The notes under the pieces: generated by a model | What the model was told of the DNA's origin: nothing | Database searches by the model: none | The model's input: the letters and a program-made list of their open reading frames with translations, nothing else | Source: Candidatus Thorarchaeota archaeon | GTDB taxonomy: Archaea; Asgardarchaeota; Thorarchaeia; Thorarchaeales; Thorarchaeaceae | Length of the DNA: 64,000 nt | Reading direction: 5' to 3' | NCBI GenBank assembly: GCA_019057475.1 | Contig: DXJO01000010.1 | Coordinates: 256,001 to 320,000 of the forward strand | Part shown: positions 38,616 to 49,000 of the stretch, one piece after another | Numbering within the stretch: position 1 is the stretch's first letter | Layout of the letters: the number at the start of each line of letters is the position of its first letter | Position numbers and translations under genes: made by a program

Positions 38616-39392
38616 CTAGATCCTTTCCACCCACGCTTCGTACTCTGACTTGATTCGAGCGGCCTCATCAGTGTCGCCGAAGTCAGCTGGGCTTACTGTG
38701 ATGTCTTCTCCGTCCGTGATCACTTCTATGACCATCGTTCCTGGAGCTTCTATTTTGATACCTGCTTTGCCATCTCTCTCGAATCGTTCAGTGTAGACAA
38801 GATCTGCGTTTTTCATTGTAGCGAGCAGAAGGAATGCAGTCTTCCTGTCCGCAAGTGAACCTGGAAGTTTAGGTGCAGGCTTAGCTATTTGCACCGGTTC
38901 GTGTACTGGTTCTGGTACAGGTTCCGGTTCTGCAGCCGCAGGTTTCAATTCAATTGCTGGTCTTGGCTCCGGACGAGGTGCTTGCGCTCGCGCCGCCTCA
39001 GGTGAACCGGGTATCGGCTCGGAGCTTTCCTTTGCCTTTCCAGGAAACGCAAGATACTTGTCCTCAAAATTAAACTTGCCCTGCAATGCGGCCTTGAAAG
39101 CAGCAATGTCCTCAGCCACTTTTCGATCGCTGTCGTTCTTCTCGTTCATCTCAGCTATCCTTGAAGTCGCCATACCTATGGTCGTGATGCCAATCTTGAA
39201 TCCCGATCTCTGGAAGAATTTGCTCATCCGCAGCGCGTGCATTCTGGTTGGCATACTTACGTTTCGTCCAATCCACAGCCAGCAAACATCGTTCAATTCA
39301 TCCAATACAATGAGTGCATTATCGCTGGTCACAAGGTGCGGGTTGAGCTTCACAGGCGATAACTCACCAGCATCATCCTGCAACATCAACAT
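38616..39392 (-). CDS. Single gelsolin-domain protein with Pro-rich linker and C-terminal extra domain (Asgard 1DGelX-like)
   Basis: SDNALIVLDELNDVCWLWIGRNVSMPTRMHALRMS fits the gelsolin core S.d.fIlD....i.vW.G...s..e...A. Confidence 0.7.
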   Translation of the reverse strand: MLMLQDDAGELSPVKLNPHLVTSDNALIVLDELNDVCWLWIGRNVSMPTRMHALRMSKFFQRSGFKIGITTIGMATSRIAEMNEKNDSDRKVAEDIAAFKAALQGKFNFEDKYLAFPGKAKESSEPIPGSPEAARAQAPRPEPRPAIELKPAAAEPEPVPEPVHEPVQIAKPAPKLPGSLADRKTAFLLLATMKNADLVYTERFERDGKAGIKIEAPGTMVIEVITDGEDITVSPADFGDTDEAARIKSEYEAWVERI

Positions 39393-39735
39393 GAAGGGTC
39401 TTCTAGAGAGTGCTTTTGGAGAAATTATGGTCGCCTCCTATACTAAGTGTCCACTCTATTCTTCTAGGTACTGCCATTTAACAGATTTGTGGACAGACTC
39501 CATCATTTCCGGATTGCAAGGCTATTGTAGTAGAACCCCTGTCTGTTAACGACCTGATGCAAATGTCCTGGATCGCGACTGCTGATAACTCATGCCCTAG
39601 ACTCTGATATGATGTCTTCTAGGAGAACCACACTACGAAAAAACAGAAGCTGGACCGAGAAACACATTGGTGTCAACTTCAGTCCGGTGGAAACGCGACT
39701 TCCATTAAGGGAGCGGCAGGAATAAGAGGATTCTA

Positions 39736-39870
39736 CTACTTCATTGCAAACCTGGGGCATTTTTCCTTAGTTATGCCAGGGGTTTCACAGGGTTTCTGCA
39801 TTCCTGTGTAGAATTTGAATCCATCCACACCGCAAGTGCCATCTTTTGCATTGTATTCCGGGCAAGTCAT
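39736..39870 (-). CDS. Small 44-aa four-cysteine protein, not in the ORF track
   Basis: MTCPEYNAKDGTCGVDGFKFYTGMQKPCETPGITKEKCPRFAMK; GGTGA SD 8 nt upstream; tandem TAG TAG stops. Confidence 0.65.
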   Translation of the reverse strand: MTCPEYNAKDGTCGVDGFKFYTGMQKPCETPGITKEKCPRFAMK

Positions 39871-40038
39871 TATTTCTTTCACCAGCATTGGTCAAGTCCT
39901 GCATCTCCCAGAGGGTAGTCAAGACTTGCACTCGTCGTTTCTAGTCGCCGCATATTAACGTTATTCGGTTAGCCTCCCGTTTGCGAAATCACGTCGAAAT
40001 CGATACGATGCATACATTCGTTTGGATGCGCCACTCCT

Positions 40039-40917
40039 TCAAAGGAATCCGCTTTCCTGCAGCACACTCCTGAGTAGATCAGGCTCGTCCGTGAATATGC
40101 CATCTACGTCAAGATTCACGAGCCACTTCATTGTAGGCGCATCGTTGATTGTCCACACATGAACGGCGATGTTTCTGTCATGTGCCGCTTGCACGAATCT
40201 AGAGTCGACAACGGTAGTCTTTCCATCCTTAATGGGAACCTGAAAAGCCCTGTACGTGGGAGTTCTGACGAGCAAGCGCAATACGTGCAACTTGAGTCCG
40301 ATGACAAACCGCTTCACTTCTCCTGGGTGTGCGCTCGTGGCAACCGTTGGGAATACTTTTCGGAATTGTTCAAGTTGAAAATCATGAAACGATGCCACAA
40401 TCACCGATTCTTCTCTACCATGGCTTCGAATCTCTTTTGCAAGCAAGCTGGGGGCTTCTGGGTCTTTATCCTTAATGTCGAGGTTGAATCGCATGTCGGG
40501 AAACTCTGCAAATGCATCCCTTAGGGTGAGCAGTCTGAGCCCCTTCCCTCTGAAGGGGAATGTGTTTCCCCCATCAGGTGTGAAGGTATGACCCACATCG
40601 ATATTCAGAAGTTCCTCCAAGGTGTAGTCACAGATTCGTCCTTTCTGACCTGTGGTTCGGATCAGGTCATCATCATGGAACAGCACGAATTCCCTGTCCT
40701 TAGTGAGATGAAGGTCTGTTTCGAGCAGGTCCACTCCAATCTCGATTGCACTTCTCATCGACAGCATTGAGTTCTCCGGAACAGCAGCGGAGTCGCCTCT
40801 ATGCGCCATTATCAATGGGCGCTCCCTCTCAAAAACCCGCGAACCCATCATATAATGGGTTGGGGAATGGCCACGAATAAATCCTCTCTTTGGGCAGTCT
40901 TTCACTGTCTGACACAA
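40039..40917 (-). CDS. Glycerophosphodiester phosphodiesterase (GDPD)
   Basis: MAHRGD, PENS, LETDLHLTKD, LFHD, NLDIK, VWTIND, DGIFTD; true start probably ~40850. Confidence 0.92.
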   Translation of the reverse strand: MCQTVKDCPKRGFIRGHSPTHYMMGSRVFERERPLIMAHRGDSAAVPENSMLSMRSAIEIGVDLLETDLHLTKDREFVLFHDDDLIRTTGQKGRICDYTLEELLNIDVGHTFTPDGGNTFPFRGKGLRLLTLRDAFAEFPDMRFNLDIKDKDPEAPSLLAKEIRSHGREESVIVASFHDFQLEQFRKVFPTVATSAHPGEVKRFVIGLKLHVLRLLVRTPTYRAFQVPIKDGKTTVVDSRFVQAAHDRNIAVHVWTINDAPTMKWLVNLDVDGIFTDEPDLLRSVLQESGFL

Positions 40918-40960
40918 ATGAAGAGCACGGGAGCACGCACGTGCTCCGGTACTATTTTGT

Positions 40961-41914
40961 TCACTCGATACCGCACTTCTTCTTTAGAATCTCCCAGTCA
41001 TCATTGACCTGTTCTTGGAGACTCTTCTTGAAGTCCGCCCACTCAGGCTTGAAGAGATGCTTAAACTGGCCTTGGGTCTTCCAGTAGTCGTCAAGTGGTC
41101 TGAGCTCCTTCAGGCGCCTGCTGGGTCCGGACATCTTGTACTCAGTCCCGTTGAATATCTCGTACAGCGGGTGCAGTCCGACCTCCATCGCAAGCTTCGC
41201 AAGCTCCATGCTCTTGCCTGTCTGAGACCTCCAGCCTCTGGGACAGGGTGAGAATGCGTGGATGAAAGCAGGCCCCTCAACCTCGAGAGCTTTGCGGAAC
41301 TTCGTAATGAAATCCCGATGATGGTACGGATTAACTGTTGCAACATATGGAGTTCTGTGGGCCGCGACAATCTCTGCAAGAGGCTTCTTACGTTGCTCTT
41401 TTCCTGGTGAAACCTTTCCAGCCCACGAGGTGGTCGTTTCCTGGCCAGGGAACGTTCCTCCGGACCTCTGGATGCCAGTGTTCTGGTAGGCGCCATTGTC
41501 GTAGCACATATACACGATGTCATGGCCTCTCTCTAGCATCCCCGAGATTGCTCCGAATCCGATGTCGAAGGTTCCGCCGTCACCGCCGATGGCGATCACA
41601 TCAACGTGTTCTTTGCTCCATCTTCCCTTCTCTCTCATCACATCAACGGCTTCTATAACACCGGATGCAACAGCTGCTGCATTCTCGAAAGCCACGTGAA
41701 TCCACGGGAGTTTCCACGCAGTATACGGGTAGATTGTTGTTGCAACCTCAAGGCATCCTGTGACCTCGCAAACGATGGTGGGGCCTCTCAGGGCCATTCC
41801 CATCAGCTTGACTATTGTTGGTGCAGCGCATCCTGCACACATCCTGTGACCAGAGGTAAGAATTTCCGGCTTCTTGAGCATGTCCTTCAGTTTGAGTGCT
41901 GCTGGTTCCGTCAT
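40961..41914 (-). CDS. porB: Pyruvate/2-oxoacid:ferredoxin oxidoreductase beta subunit
   Basis: GHRMCAGC, TGCLEV, GGDGGTFDIG (TPP-binding), YQNTGIQRS, SPCPRGW. Confidence 0.92.
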   Translation of the reverse strand: MTEPAALKLKDMLKKPEILTSGHRMCAGCAAPTIVKLMGMALRGPTIVCEVTGCLEVATTIYPYTAWKLPWIHVAFENAAAVASGVIEAVDVMREKGRWSKEHVDVIAIGGDGGTFDIGFGAISGMLERGHDIVYMCYDNGAYQNTGIQRSGGTFPGQETTTSWAGKVSPGKEQRKKPLAEIVAAHRTPYVATVNPYHHRDFITKFRKALEVEGPAFIHAFSPCPRGWRSQTGKSMELAKLAMEVGLHPLYEIFNGTEYKMSGPSRRLKELRPLDDYWKTQGQFKHLFKPEWADFKKSLQEQVNDDWEILKKKCGIE

Positions 41915-43128
41915 TATTTGCGCACCCCCATTGTTTCATAGAGAGGAGCTTTTCCTTTCTTGAGATACTCCTTCGTCTTCTCGTATCCCTCGACTATCGT
42001 TGTTGGTGGACAATCTCGACCACCGAGACCTATCACGAAGTCAACGACCATAGGCCTCTTCTCGAGATCATAGAGTGCGGTTCTGAGCTCCAAAGCTAGT
42101 GGATTTGATGGTGCCCCAAATGAGCGGCACTTCTCAAACACAATCACAGCCTTGGCGTTCTTAACTACCTCAACAATCTCCTTCGTTGGGAACGGTCTGA
42201 ACATCCTTAGTCTGAGGACACCAACCTTCTCGCCCTTCTCGCGCAGAACATCCACAGTAGCCTTCGCAGTACCACCGGGTGTGCTGTGCGTGAAGATGAT
42301 AATCTCAGCATCATCAGTCCTGTATTCCTCAAACATGCCATACCTGCGACCGGTCATCTTCTCGAAATCAGTTTCGACCTGCGCAAATACTTCTGGGACT
42401 GCTTCCATGGCCCTCTCCTGCTGCTCCTTGAACTCGAAGTAGTAGTCAGTTAGAGCCAATGGTCCCATTGTTATTGGATTGTCCGGGTCCAGCTTGATGA
42501 ATGGCTCGCGGACTCCCAGGAAGTTTTCCACTGCCTTCGTCGGAAGCATCTCGACACGCTCGACGTTATGGCTCAGAATGAAGCCGTCGATGCACACCAT
42601 GATTGGTAGGAGTACCTTGTGATCCTCTGCAATCTTGAACGCCATAATGGTCGTGTCATAAGCCTCTTGGCAGCTCTGTGTGTAAATTTGAATGAAGCCG
42701 CTGTCGCGCGCGCCGTAGGTATCTGACCAATCGTTGTGAATGTTGATTGGTCCCGACAATGCCCTGTTCGCTACGGTGAAGATAATGGGCATCCTCATCG
42801 AAGCTGCACAGTATAGGATTTCCCACATTAGGGCAAGTCCAGCAGATGCCGATGCAGTAGCTACTCTGGCTCCCACAGCTGAGGCTCCAATACAGGCTGA
42901 CATTGCGCTGTGCTCGGACTCCACTGGGATGACCCTACAGTGTACCTCCCCGTTTGCTGCAAATTTCTGATAGTCTTCCACAATTATGGTTTGCGGAGTT
43001 ATAGGGTACGCCGCAAGAACGTCAAGGTCACACTGCTTCAACGCGTGAGCGATGGCAGCGTCACCGGTGAGCCCTTCGATTGCTATTTGGTCCTTGGGTA
43101 TTCTCTTGACTGCTGTCATCCTATTCAT
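41914..43128 (-). CDS. porA: Pyruvate/2-oxoacid:ferredoxin oxidoreductase alpha subunit
   Basis: AAYPITPQT, VESEHSAMSA, NRALSGPINIHND, GLGGRD. Confidence 0.92.
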   Translation of the reverse strand: MNRMTAVKRIPKDQIAIEGLTGDAAIAHALKQCDLDVLAAYPITPQTIIVEDYQKFAANGEVHCRVIPVESEHSAMSACIGASAVGARVATASASAGLALMWEILYCAASMRMPIIFTVANRALSGPINIHNDWSDTYGARDSGFIQIYTQSCQEAYDTTIMAFKIAEDHKVLLPIMVCIDGFILSHNVERVEMLPTKAVENFLGVREPFIKLDPDNPITMGPLALTDYYFEFKEQQERAMEAVPEVFAQVETDFEKMTGRRYGMFEEYRTDDAEIIIFTHSTPGGTAKATVDVLREKGEKVGVLRLRMFRPFPTKEIVEVVKNAKAVIVFEKCRSFGAPSNPLALELRTALYDLEKRPMVVDFVIGLGGRDCPPTTIVEGYEKTKEYLKKGKAPLYETMGVRK

Positions 43129-43417
43129 TCTCCATCCTTATGCTGTCAGTTGGACATTGGTTAGCACAAATTCCGCAGCCCTTACAATATTCCAGATCGA
43201 ACTCGTAGATGTACTTCCCATCCTTTTCGATGAGTTTAACCGAATTATCCGGGCAGTAGATCCAACAGAGGCCGCAGGTTCCATTCTTGACCCAGAGACA
43301 GGTTTCGTCCGTATGGATTGGACGTTGTGCACGCCAACCACCGGTCTTGTACTTCGTTGCGTTGCCTGGCTCGATGATATTGCCAGCCATTGGTATTTCG
43401 TTGTATTTCTCGCTCAT
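43121..43417 (-). CDS. porD: 2-oxoacid:ferredoxin oxidoreductase delta subunit (2x[4Fe-4S])
   Basis: TGGWRAQRP, CGLCWIYCPD, YCKGCGICANQCP. Confidence 0.92.
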   Translation of the reverse strand: MSEKYNEIPMAGNIIEPGNATKYKTGGWRAQRPIHTDETCLWVKNGTCGLCWIYCPDNSVKLIEKDGKYIYEFDLEYCKGCGICANQCPTDSIRMENE

Positions 43418-43989
43418 CCTGTCTGAGCCTCCTCTATAGCTCTCTCCATTGCAGCTTTGTTCAATTGGCCAACCTTTCCGGGATATCGTTCGATAACCTC
43501 ATTGATGACTGTCTCGATCTTGACAGTCCCGGTAGCCATCACTGCCGCTGCCATGGTGGGCATGTTGTAGAACGGACGCCCCATGATATCCATGGCAATG
43601 GTACTAGCGTCGACCGTAACCACCTTTCCACCCATGAAGTTGAACTTCTTACGCATCTCCTCAGGACTCTTGTCTGTATTGAGAACAAGAATACCATCTT
43701 CTTTCAGCCCCTCGGCAGGGTTCACTACATCAAGCAGAGTTGGGTCAATGCAGACCACGACGTCTGGCTTGTAGACCTGAGCGTACACCTGAATCGGTTT
43801 CTTGCTTATCCTCAGGAATGCTCTAACAGGTGCTCCCGTGCGTTCGGGACCGAACTCTGGGAACGCCTGTATGTAGTTACCCTCCGCAAGGGCAGCCTTT
43901 CCTAGCATCTGGTTGCTGGTGATCACTCCCTGACCGCCGCGCCCGTGCCAACGGAATTCTGTAATGCCTTTTGCGAAGTCAAGCGCCAT
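43414..43989 (-). CDS. porG: 2-oxoacid:ferredoxin oxidoreductase gamma subunit
   Basis: RWHGRGGQG, FPEFGPERTGAPV; start at MALDF with AGGTGA SD. Confidence 0.92.
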   Translation of the reverse strand: MALDFAKGITEFRWHGRGGQGVITSNQMLGKAALAEGNYIQAFPEFGPERTGAPVRAFLRISKKPIQVYAQVYKPDVVVCIDPTLLDVVNPAEGLKEDGILVLNTDKSPEEMRKKFNFMGGKVVTVDASTIAMDIMGRPFYNMPTMAAAVMATGTVKIETVINEVIERYPGKVGQLNKAAMERAIEEAQTG

Positions 43990-44319
43990 TGTATTCTCAC
44001 CTAGGTGATGGCGCAGGCACCAGTGGAAATGCACTTATGTATTGTGGCGTAGCCTTCTAAGCTTTGAAGCAGGTCAACAGTATTCTTTCAGAGATATTGC
44101 TAGGTCACTCTTGCGCCAGAATCAGGAAGTTGTCCGAGAGCGGCCAAGATATCGGCCGTGAGCATCAGGGTCAGAAGAGGAGAACTGGAACGCAATGAGC
44201 TACGCTGCATCTTCATCATCGAACTGGCCGCTCCAGCCATTCATTACGTACGCTTTGGAAATTGTACTGTAACTCACGTCATTCCCTATCAATGAGAACT
44301 AACATTAATAGACTAACTG

Positions 44320-45564
44320 TCAACGCATCTTCTTCACAGCCAGAAGCACAATGGCGACCAACACGACACTAACCAACGATGCGGCGGCCACCAGTTCGGT
44401 TCCAGTCCCTCCAAAAACATCCGCTATTATATTCGCATTTACCGTATCATTGACAACGTTTCCAAAAGCATCATAGACAAAGAGGGTGAAATTGTGCAGA
44501 CCCAACTGTGCACCTGTCAGGTGAATCTCTATATCCTCGCCATCCCAGACTACCGTTATGAATAAATTGCCATCTTTATGGAGGGCATACTCGTACGGAA
44601 ACTCATCTCTTGGGGTCCAAGCAACGTTCGCGCCTGATGAGTCCTGCTCAAATATCACGTCTGACGGACTGTTGATTGTTGGCGCACTTGTGTCGTTCAG
44701 AATATGCGGGTGCCTGTCAACGGAGAATGCTGATCCAAGCTCAATCTCGTATGATCCATCATTGTCATAATCGGTCCAATAATTCCCTATGCTTACATTA
44801 TCATCCCATAGGTTATCTTGGCCGTTATCTTCAGCATTACTCTCTTGAGTGCCCGGGTACAGCTCCCCGTTCCAACCTACGCTATTCGCATAGATTGAGC
44901 AGTTGTATGTGTTCGCATCCAGAGAAACCCCCCTCAACACATTGCGATAGATCTTGTTACCAACAATAGAGCAATTACCAGACCATCCAACGTCGATTCC
45001 ATAGCTGTTGCTGAAGATTGTACTGTTGGATATCGAGATGCGATGCGACCAGTCAAGGTTGACACCTCTATTGCAGCCATAGACAGTGATATTATCAATG
45101 GTGCAGTCGCTCGACTGGACGAGCCATAGCCCCTCGCCTGACTGAACTATCTTGCACCTCTCCACACGGCCAAAATCAACTTGGTTGAGCCGAATGGCCG
45201 CCGAATACTGCACTGATTTGAAGTAGCAATCCCTGATAACAAAGAACACCGAAGTTGTGAATATTGAAATGCAATAGCCATCGGCTGTGATATTCAGACC
45301 CTCGATGATGTATGGGTCATCCTTGGTGCCACTGCCAGAGAAATCCCAGGCAGTGAAGCCATCATCACTGTCAATTACGATTGGGAAGTGCGCCTCATAG
45401 GCTTCTAGAAACGGAATGGATGTCTGTGCTAAGGTGGACGCCATGACTTGATGACCTTGGCTCCACTGTAGACCTGTCATGGTTAGGATGAAAATCAGAC
45501 AACATAATACTACTCTACGCCTGCTTATCACATGGGACGCCTCCGTACGTTGACTATGGTTCAA
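44320..45564 (-). CDS. Membrane-anchored NosD/CASH right-handed beta-helix surface protein
   Basis: GSGTKDDPYIIEGLNI, parallel beta-helix repeats, WDDNVSIGNYWTDY, Ig-like domain, C-terminal TM. Confidence 0.85.
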   Translation of the reverse strand: MNHSQRTEASHVISRRRVVLCCLIFILTMTGLQWSQGHQVMASTLAQTSIPFLEAYEAHFPIVIDSDDGFTAWDFSGSGTKDDPYIIEGLNITADGYCISIFTTSVFFVIRDCYFKSVQYSAAIRLNQVDFGRVERCKIVQSGEGLWLVQSSDCTIDNITVYGCNRGVNLDWSHRISISNSTIFSNSYGIDVGWSGNCSIVGNKIYRNVLRGVSLDANTYNCSIYANSVGWNGELYPGTQESNAEDNGQDNLWDDNVSIGNYWTDYDNDGSYEIELGSAFSVDRHPHILNDTSAPTINSPSDVIFEQDSSGANVAWTPRDEFPYEYALHKDGNLFITVVWDGEDIEIHLTGAQLGLHNFTLFVYDAFGNVVNDTVNANIIADVFGGTGTELVAAASLVSVVLVAIVLLAVKKMR

Positions 45565-45573
45565 CGTGATGTC

Positions 45574-45825
45574 TTATGGTATCGGTCGCTTCTTGAAGAT
45601 TATGAATAGCACGATTGCAGCAATGATAACACCCCCGCCTGCAAGGATGAGGAACTCGACACTGAAACCGCCAATAGGGTCCAATGGGAAATCGGGTGTT
45701 CCGTTTGGTAGGACGTTGGGATATCTGTCTACACTGTGAGCATCGCTGTCAATCGTATGCTCCCCCGTTCCATTATAGTCGCTCCATCAGTTGCCTATGT
45801 CTATGCCATTGTCCCATTCCTCAGT
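45574..45825 (-). pseudogene. 3' remnant of another NosD-type surface protein gene, with an in-frame TGA
   Basis: WDNGIDIGN*WSDYNGTGEHTIDSDAHSVDRYP...FLILAGGGVIIAAIVLFIIFKKRPIP*; TGA at 45789-45787. Confidence 0.8.
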
Positions 45826-46075
45826 AAACAAGATTGAGCTTGCAGTCACACTATCCAATCCTGCAAAACGAATGTATGATTCTCTCGGGTTTAGAATTCT
45901 CAGCGAAGCTTCCACTTTCATTTGGATGAGATGAACCGAGTACACTTCATACTTTTTGACGATTCTTGAGAATTCATGATCCAGATACTGACTACGAACT
46001 TCGGAAGATATTTAATGAACTCTCTTGGTGGACACTGTAACAGGGCATTTACTGTTTTTGTAAGGGTGGATTGGA

Positions 46076-49000
46076 ATGAGAATTAAGGCAACTCTACTCG
46101 CAATCATTATTCTGTTGGTTGTATCCCCATTTTTCATACAACCTAATGGATTGAATAATATCAAGGAAGAAGTACAAAGAACTTGCTGGGAAGTAAGCTA
46201 CACTGATAGTGGTCCAATTCTAATCGAAGAAGACGATGATTTTGGTGTGTTAGGTTTTCCTGGAGCGGGTTCTGAGTTCTCACCATATCTTATTGATGAC
46301 TTGAATTTTACAAGCAATGATGTTTGTATCACAATAAGAAATACGCGCGCTTATTTCAATATCACAAATTGCTATTTTGCTCCTGAATATGAAGACTATA
46401 CAATAGGAATCGTTTTAGTGAATGTTACGAATGCCTATATTGGCTCTAATATCTTTTCTAACAAGACAACAGCAATTCAATGGAATCACGTCAATGATTC
46501 GCGGTGTGTTGACAACGAAATCATTGGAAATGTAAACTCAGGTGTTTCTCTTTCAGGTTGTTATGACAGTGTGGTGGAGTTAAATCAAATCGTTGGTAAT
46601 GATGAGAATCGTGGAAATGGTGTATATCTTTTCGATTCTATCTCCTGTAATATATCTGAGAATGAAATAGCAAACTCCTACATTGGAATTAAAGCTGCGT
46701 GGGCTGAAAATTGTACCATTGATCAGAATCAGCTACATAACTTTGACTACGGTCCATTTGTATCTATTGACTCCCCATCAGCAATACGGGTTCAGGGCTC
46801 ACCAAACTGTACTATACGACAGAACGATATTTCCGAAAGTCCAGTTGCTGGAATACTCCTCTATGGACCTGCGGACGTTCATTGTATTGAAAACACTCTG
46901 ACTGGTTGTGGTTTCTTCACACAGGGCTTAATGCCTGGTAATCCTGGATTCTACACAATAGGCGATATGGTAAATAACAAACCCGTTCTTTATGTCTGGA
47001 ATCAGACTAATCTAAATATCAGTGGATCTTTGTATGGTCAAATCATTCTTCATGAAGCTAAATTCTGCTCAATAGCAGAGGGTCAGTTCAATGAAGCGTC
47101 TGTAGGAATTTCCTTATCGTTTTGTACCAACTGTACTATAGAAGATACAGAATCATCTGGAAATCATTTTGCTGGTGCTCTTATGTTTCTCAGCACTAAC
47201 TGTACATTTAACAACTTAGCATTAGATGATAACTCACGTATGCAAGGTGGAATGAATTTAGTTTCGAGTGTTTGGGTGTATGGTAGTCAAAATGCGAAAG
47301 TTACCAATTGTGAAATAACAAATTCACAGGGCGCTGGTTTACTAATAATGCAATCTACGTTAACTGTGGTGACTAATAATACATTCATGAAAAACGGGAT
47401 ATTCATGATGGGAGGAATGGGACCTACTGTTGTAGAGGACTACTACATCATTGAGGAAAATAACACCATCAATGGTAAGCAATTTGGTTATTTCTATAAT
47501 GAAACTGACAAAACTGTGGACGGAACTCTCTATGGACAAATATATGCCGTGAATTCGAGTAGAGTTAGTATTGTTGGCGGGGACTTTTCCGAAGCAACTT
47601 CTGGAGTTGCATTCGTTTTTACTAGTAACTGCTCTCTAGAATCTGCTGCTATGAATCAAAACTCATTTTACGGACTGCAAAATCTCTTCTCCACAAATAC
47701 AAGCATTATCAATAATTCAATCGATGATAATCCATATTCTGCGATACATAACACATTTTCCGAATCCTCGACCTTTCTGAATAACTCAATATGTGGAAAT
47801 GGACATGGTATCCCAGAAGGTCAAACAATGCCAACATTAGCGCTTTCCTCCTACGATAGATTATCTTACAACACAATTTCTCAAAATCGATACGGTATTG
47901 CTCTAGATGGATCCAATATTACTGTGCACAAGAACAATATCTCATGTAATGGTATAAACGGAATTTGGGTCAATAATGCAGGCTTCTTCAATATCTCATC
48001 CAATTGTATAGCAGGCAATTTCATGGAACCAGTGGCCAGCGCATCCGTTGCCGGGATTTACGTTTCTGGTGGTACTTATGGAGTCATTCACAACAATTCC
48101 ATCTATAGCAATAGTGGATATGGCATCATGATAGGTAGTCTTTCTGCCACAAAGAATTCGATTTATTGGAACGAAGTCGGTTGGAACGGTGTTGGGAATG
48201 CTGCAGAAGGCGGTCCTGATAATCTGTGGGATGATAACGTCACGACTGGAAATGCTTGGAGTGACTATGTAGGACCTGGTACTTATCCTATTATGTTATC
48301 GTCAAGTGTTGATAGGTATCCAAGTACATTGACTGATATCACAGTTCCAACGATTAAAGGTCCTGATGACGTAATCTTTGAATCTGGTACTTCAAACAAT
48401 GCATTAGTGTGGAATGCTTCGGACAATTATCCTGGCAATTTCGTTGTGTATCAGAATGGAACACCTATAGAAAACCGGACATGGTGTTTCAAACCAATCG
48501 AAGTGGAACTTGAACCATTGGATGTAGGTTTCTATAATCTAACAATTGTAGTCTATGATGGTGAAGGTAACACTGCTTCGGATACAGTTATCGTTGAATC
48601 AGCAGACTCAATCAATCCTACAATAGACAATCCAGGTGACATTGAATATTCCATTGGACAAACTGGAAACAATATCATATGGCATGGTTCCGACTTAAAC
48701 CCTGCATCCTATGAAATATTCCAAGATGAGATATCAATTAAGACGGGTGTCTGGAATTTCAGTATAGAATCCATTGTGATAAACGTTGATGGGCTTTTAG
48801 CGGCAGAATACAACTATACCATTTTGGTGACTGACATGGGAGGTAATACTGCTGTTGATGAAGTCATAGTAACAGTTATTGAAGCAACATCCCCAAGTAT
48901 AGACTCACCTGAAGATATTGAATATGCTGAGTTTGACACCGATAACATGATTGTGTGGCATCCAAATGATGCTAATCCAGAATCCTATATCATCTATTTT

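Noticed and set aside
40961-43989. porGDAB (and iorAB, galTK) as novel systems
   Set aside because: They are canonical, well-characterised archaeal operons.
44050-44300. Possible gene remnant between porG and the NosD gene (similarly 31380-31590 and 39550-39720)
   Set aside because: Only short frames with no convincing SD or motif; not supportable by eye.
45787-45789. In-frame TGA as selenocysteine or recoding (also the TGA at 5194-5196)
   Set aside because: The first aligns to a Tyr/Ala position in the paralogs rather than Cys, and that gene lacks its 5' part. The second is accompanied by a TAA. TGA ends many intact genes in this window.
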